Positions 61,310-64,000 of a stretch of DNA of 64,000 nt are shown one piece after another. Both the position numbers and the translations under genes were made by a program. A model generated the notes under the pieces. It did not search any database and was not told the origin of the DNA. It saw nothing but the letters and a program-made list of their open reading frames with translations. The stretch is from Octopus sinensis (Eukaryota). Position 1 is the stretch's first letter. The number at the start of each line of letters is the position of its first letter. Location of the stretch: the NCBI RefSeq assembly GCF_006345805.1, contig NC_043001.1, forward strand, positions 28,396,001 to 28,460,000, in the 5' to 3' direction.

Positions 61310-61706
61310 TATGTATGTATGTATGTATGTATATATTTGTGTGTGTGTGCATATATCTGCGTGTGTATGTATGTATGTATGTATGTATGTATGTATGTAT
61401 GTATGTATGTATGTATGTACGTACGTATGTATGTATGTATGTATGTATGTATGTACGTACGTATGTATGTAGTATGTATGTATGTATGTATGTATGTATT
61501 ATGTATGTATGTACGTACGTACGACGTATGTATGTATGTATGTTATGTATGTATGTATGTGTATGTACGTACGTACGTATGTACGTATGTATGTATGTAT
61601 GTATGTATGTATGTATGTTGTATGTACGTACGTACGTATGTAGTATGTAGTATGTATGTAATGTATGTATGTATGTATGTACGTATGTATGTATGTATGT
61701 ATGTAT
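61310..61706. repeat. (ATGT)n/(ACGT)n complex tract
   Basis: Direct reading. Confidence 0.92.
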
Positions 61707-62184
61707 GAATAGATGGACGAATGCCTATGCAAATGTAATGTTTATTTCGTATGTGTATATGTGTGTAAATATCGAGCGTAGCTGTCTTACTCTGTGTGCG
61801 TATTTGTATGCGTGTATGTACGTGCCTGCGTCCATTCATGCGTATATGTGCATGTGCGAACTCCAGTGCGTAGGGTATTATTCTTATCGGTTTAATTATT
61901 TATTTTCCAGTTATAGCTGATGGCATTGTTTTAAAATTAATCAGTTATATTGATATTAGTAACCAAAGTCCTTTAGATAAGCCCAACATATGGTCGCCTA
62001 TGTTGCCTTATTTTTTTTTTCTACTCATCGATCAATATTTTACAAAAACAGCGACCGAACCAGATGAGTATTACTCTCTCTCTGCATAGAGCATCATTCC
62101 TAGGGCATACGTCTTCGTCTTCCCTGTTTTCTCCCGTTAAATGTCGCTTGCCAAATAAAAACTATTAATAATTATTATTAATTA

Positions 62185-62340
62185 CATCGTGGAGGAGCAA
62201 TGGCCCAGTGGTTAGGGCAGCGGACTCGCGGTCGGAGGATCGTGGTTTCGATTCCCAGACCGGTCGTTGTGTGTGTTTATTGATCGAAAACACCTAAAGG
62301 CTCCACGAGGCTCCGGCAGGGGGTGGAGGCCTCCCCTGTC
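62185..62340 (+). mobile_element. SINE-D 5' part
   Basis: A-box TGGCCCAGTGG, GCAGCGGACTCGCGGTC, B-box GGTTTCGATTCC, CAGACCGG...GTGTGTG. Confidence 0.72.
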
Positions 62341-62376
62341 TATCGATGGTTATGTTTCAGAATATCGCTGTAAATA

Positions 62377-62878
62377 CTAGGTTGAGATAATAGTTCGTGC
62401 GCCGAGTTAAAATAATGATTTGTTTTAATACAAGAATTTATTCAAAAATCAACACCAACTATTCTTCAAAATATAGACCATCATTTTCCACGACCTTCTG
62501 CCAACGATCTGCAAGCTTTCAGATTTGGTCAAAGTACCAATCTTTCGGCTTTTTATCGAAACATTCTTGATAGGCTTCTTCAACTTCATCGAATGACTCA
62601 AATCAGCGACCTTTCATAAAGTGCTGCATTGATTGGAAGAGACCGTAGTCAGATGGATCAACGTATAGACTATAAGCTGGATGCGGCAGAACTTCCACAC
62701 CATCCAATTTTTCAATCTTCTGGCTGGTCTTTCAGGCGGTATACGGCTTTGTATTGTCTTGTTGAAACAAGGCGCGTTTTTGACGAATACAGTTAGTCAC
62801 CATTAAACATGACATTAACTGAATGAACATATACACCACATAATTTTAACACGGCGCACGAACTTTTCCTCAGCCTAA
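62377..62878 (-). mobile_element. Internally deleted mariner element with TIRs and TA TSD
   Basis: TA|CTAGGTTGAGATAATAGTTCGTGCGCCGAGTTAAAAT ... ATTTTAACACGGCGCACGAACTTTTCCTCAGCCTAA|TA; minus strand LFQQDNTKP...LPHPAYSLYVDPSDYGLF (decayed YSPDLAPSDY motif). Confidence 0.88.
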
Positions 62879-62929
62879 TATTAAGGTTTATAATAATTCT
62901 TAAAAGAAATATAGACAGTAACTGCTCGA

Positions 62930-63015
62930 TAACATAAGGGACTAAAGCCATCTGAATATGGCTCCACCCTGCCCTGTCCCTAGCCATATTCAGATGGCTT
63001 TAGTCCCTTATGTTA
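62930..63015. other. Perfect 34-bp inverted repeat with an 18-nt loop
   Basis: TAACATAAGGGACTAAAGCCATCTGAATATGGCT / AGCCATATTCAGATGGCTTTAGTCCCTTATGTTA; loop CCACCCTGCCCTGTCCCT. Confidence 0.95.
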
Positions 63016-63919
63016 AATATTAAGGTTGTTATATCCTTAAAAGGACGCAAACCCCTAAAAGTGGTAATTATGCTGGTGGCTGCATCATGCGAATAATCAT
63101 GATCGGTACAATGAGCTCCAGACCACGTACCAAAAGCGATATATTAAATAAACCCCTTTAATGCAATACGTCAGCACAACGGCAGTCCTGTGACTGAAGC
63201 CATTAGGAAAAGAAAACAGTTTTTAAAGCTGGTTAATTCGATATTCGAATTCACTATTATACCAACAGAAACTTCTAAAATAGTTTTATATTTATTTTAT
63301 ATTCTGTCTGGTGGAGGTGGGTTCTTTTTGCCTCTTCTTTTGTTTCCCTGCTATCATAATATCTGCACAAGAAAAAGAATATATGTAATATATTAACATA
63401 CTTAAAGGCAAATAATAAAGCTCCGATACCAGTTCGCTTGAGACAAACACTTACATTATTTAAGCATAAAATTCAATATCTGTTTTTAACTCGTTAACTA
63501 AGAAAGAACGCTAGGATAAGAAGGCTATCATAAATCCATACATTTTGCTTTGAAATTTCTAAATTTGAATATTTACAACAAAATAATGATGCTTCGCCAT
63601 CATTAATCATTTTTTCATTATCACCTCTCCGATCTTAAAATTTGAAATATTTGCATCTCTTGTGGGACTTCTGTGGCAATCCTGTGGCGTGAGAGATGAA
63701 TGAATATGATAGACGTTGTTGTTTAACTTAGTCCGTCATATTGAAAAAATTTTAAATACGTTTATCTTAAATTCAATTTTAAGTGAAATACTAAAAGCAT
63801 AAACGAAGACAAAAATGCATATAAAGAAATATGAATGGATACTTGTAAAACATGAAACATACGAGAGTGACAAAGCATAGATAAAATCTTAAGGCTGCGT
63901 CGGAAATTAATGTATGTGT

Positions 63920-64000
63920 GTAGGAGTGGCTGTGTGGTAAGTTGCTTGCTTACGAACCACATGGTTCCGAGTTCAGTTCCACTGCGTGGCACCTTGGGCA
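63920..64000 (+). mobile_element. SINE-B head, cut by the window end
   Basis: TAGGAGTGGCTGTGTGGTAAGTTGCTTGCTTACGAACCACATGGTTCCGAGTTCAGTTCCACTGCGTGGCACCTTGGGCA. Confidence 0.88.

Overview
Eukaryotic, AT-rich, repeat-saturated non-coding DNA. The SINE families and microsatellite load point to an octopus or other coleoid cephalopod genome (inference, not verified). I found no supportable host protein-coding gene, no genuine tRNA/rRNA gene and no CRISPR array; almost all listed ORFs are microsatellite or SINE read-throughs. Real coding remnants are all transposon-derived: a near full-length Tx1/L1-clade LINE (8272-~14445, minus strand; ORF1 with CCHC knuckle, ORF2 APE-RT-zinc finger, frameshifted) plus three 3' fragments of it; a 5'-truncated Dong/R4 RLE element; four pieces of a second R4-like RLE group; CR1-, RTE- and jockey-like fragments; mariner/maT/pogo remnants; and four non-autonomous Helitrons. 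There are about 30 tRNA-derived SINE copies (informal labels SINE-A to SINE-D). Main findings: (1) the last ~50 nt of SINE-A are co-terminal with, and 36/44 identical to, the Tx1 3' end, suggesting a SINE-LINE partnership; (2) three non-LTR families each sit in their own microsatellite type: Tx1 in (GATA)n, Dong in (TAA)n, and the second R4-like group in (ACAT)n; (3) a TSD-flanked dimeric SINE-A form recurs three times; (4) there are several hammerhead-ribozyme-like remnants and two long hairpins. Family assignments come from motif recognition only, and boundaries are approximate unless a TSD or terminus is quoted.
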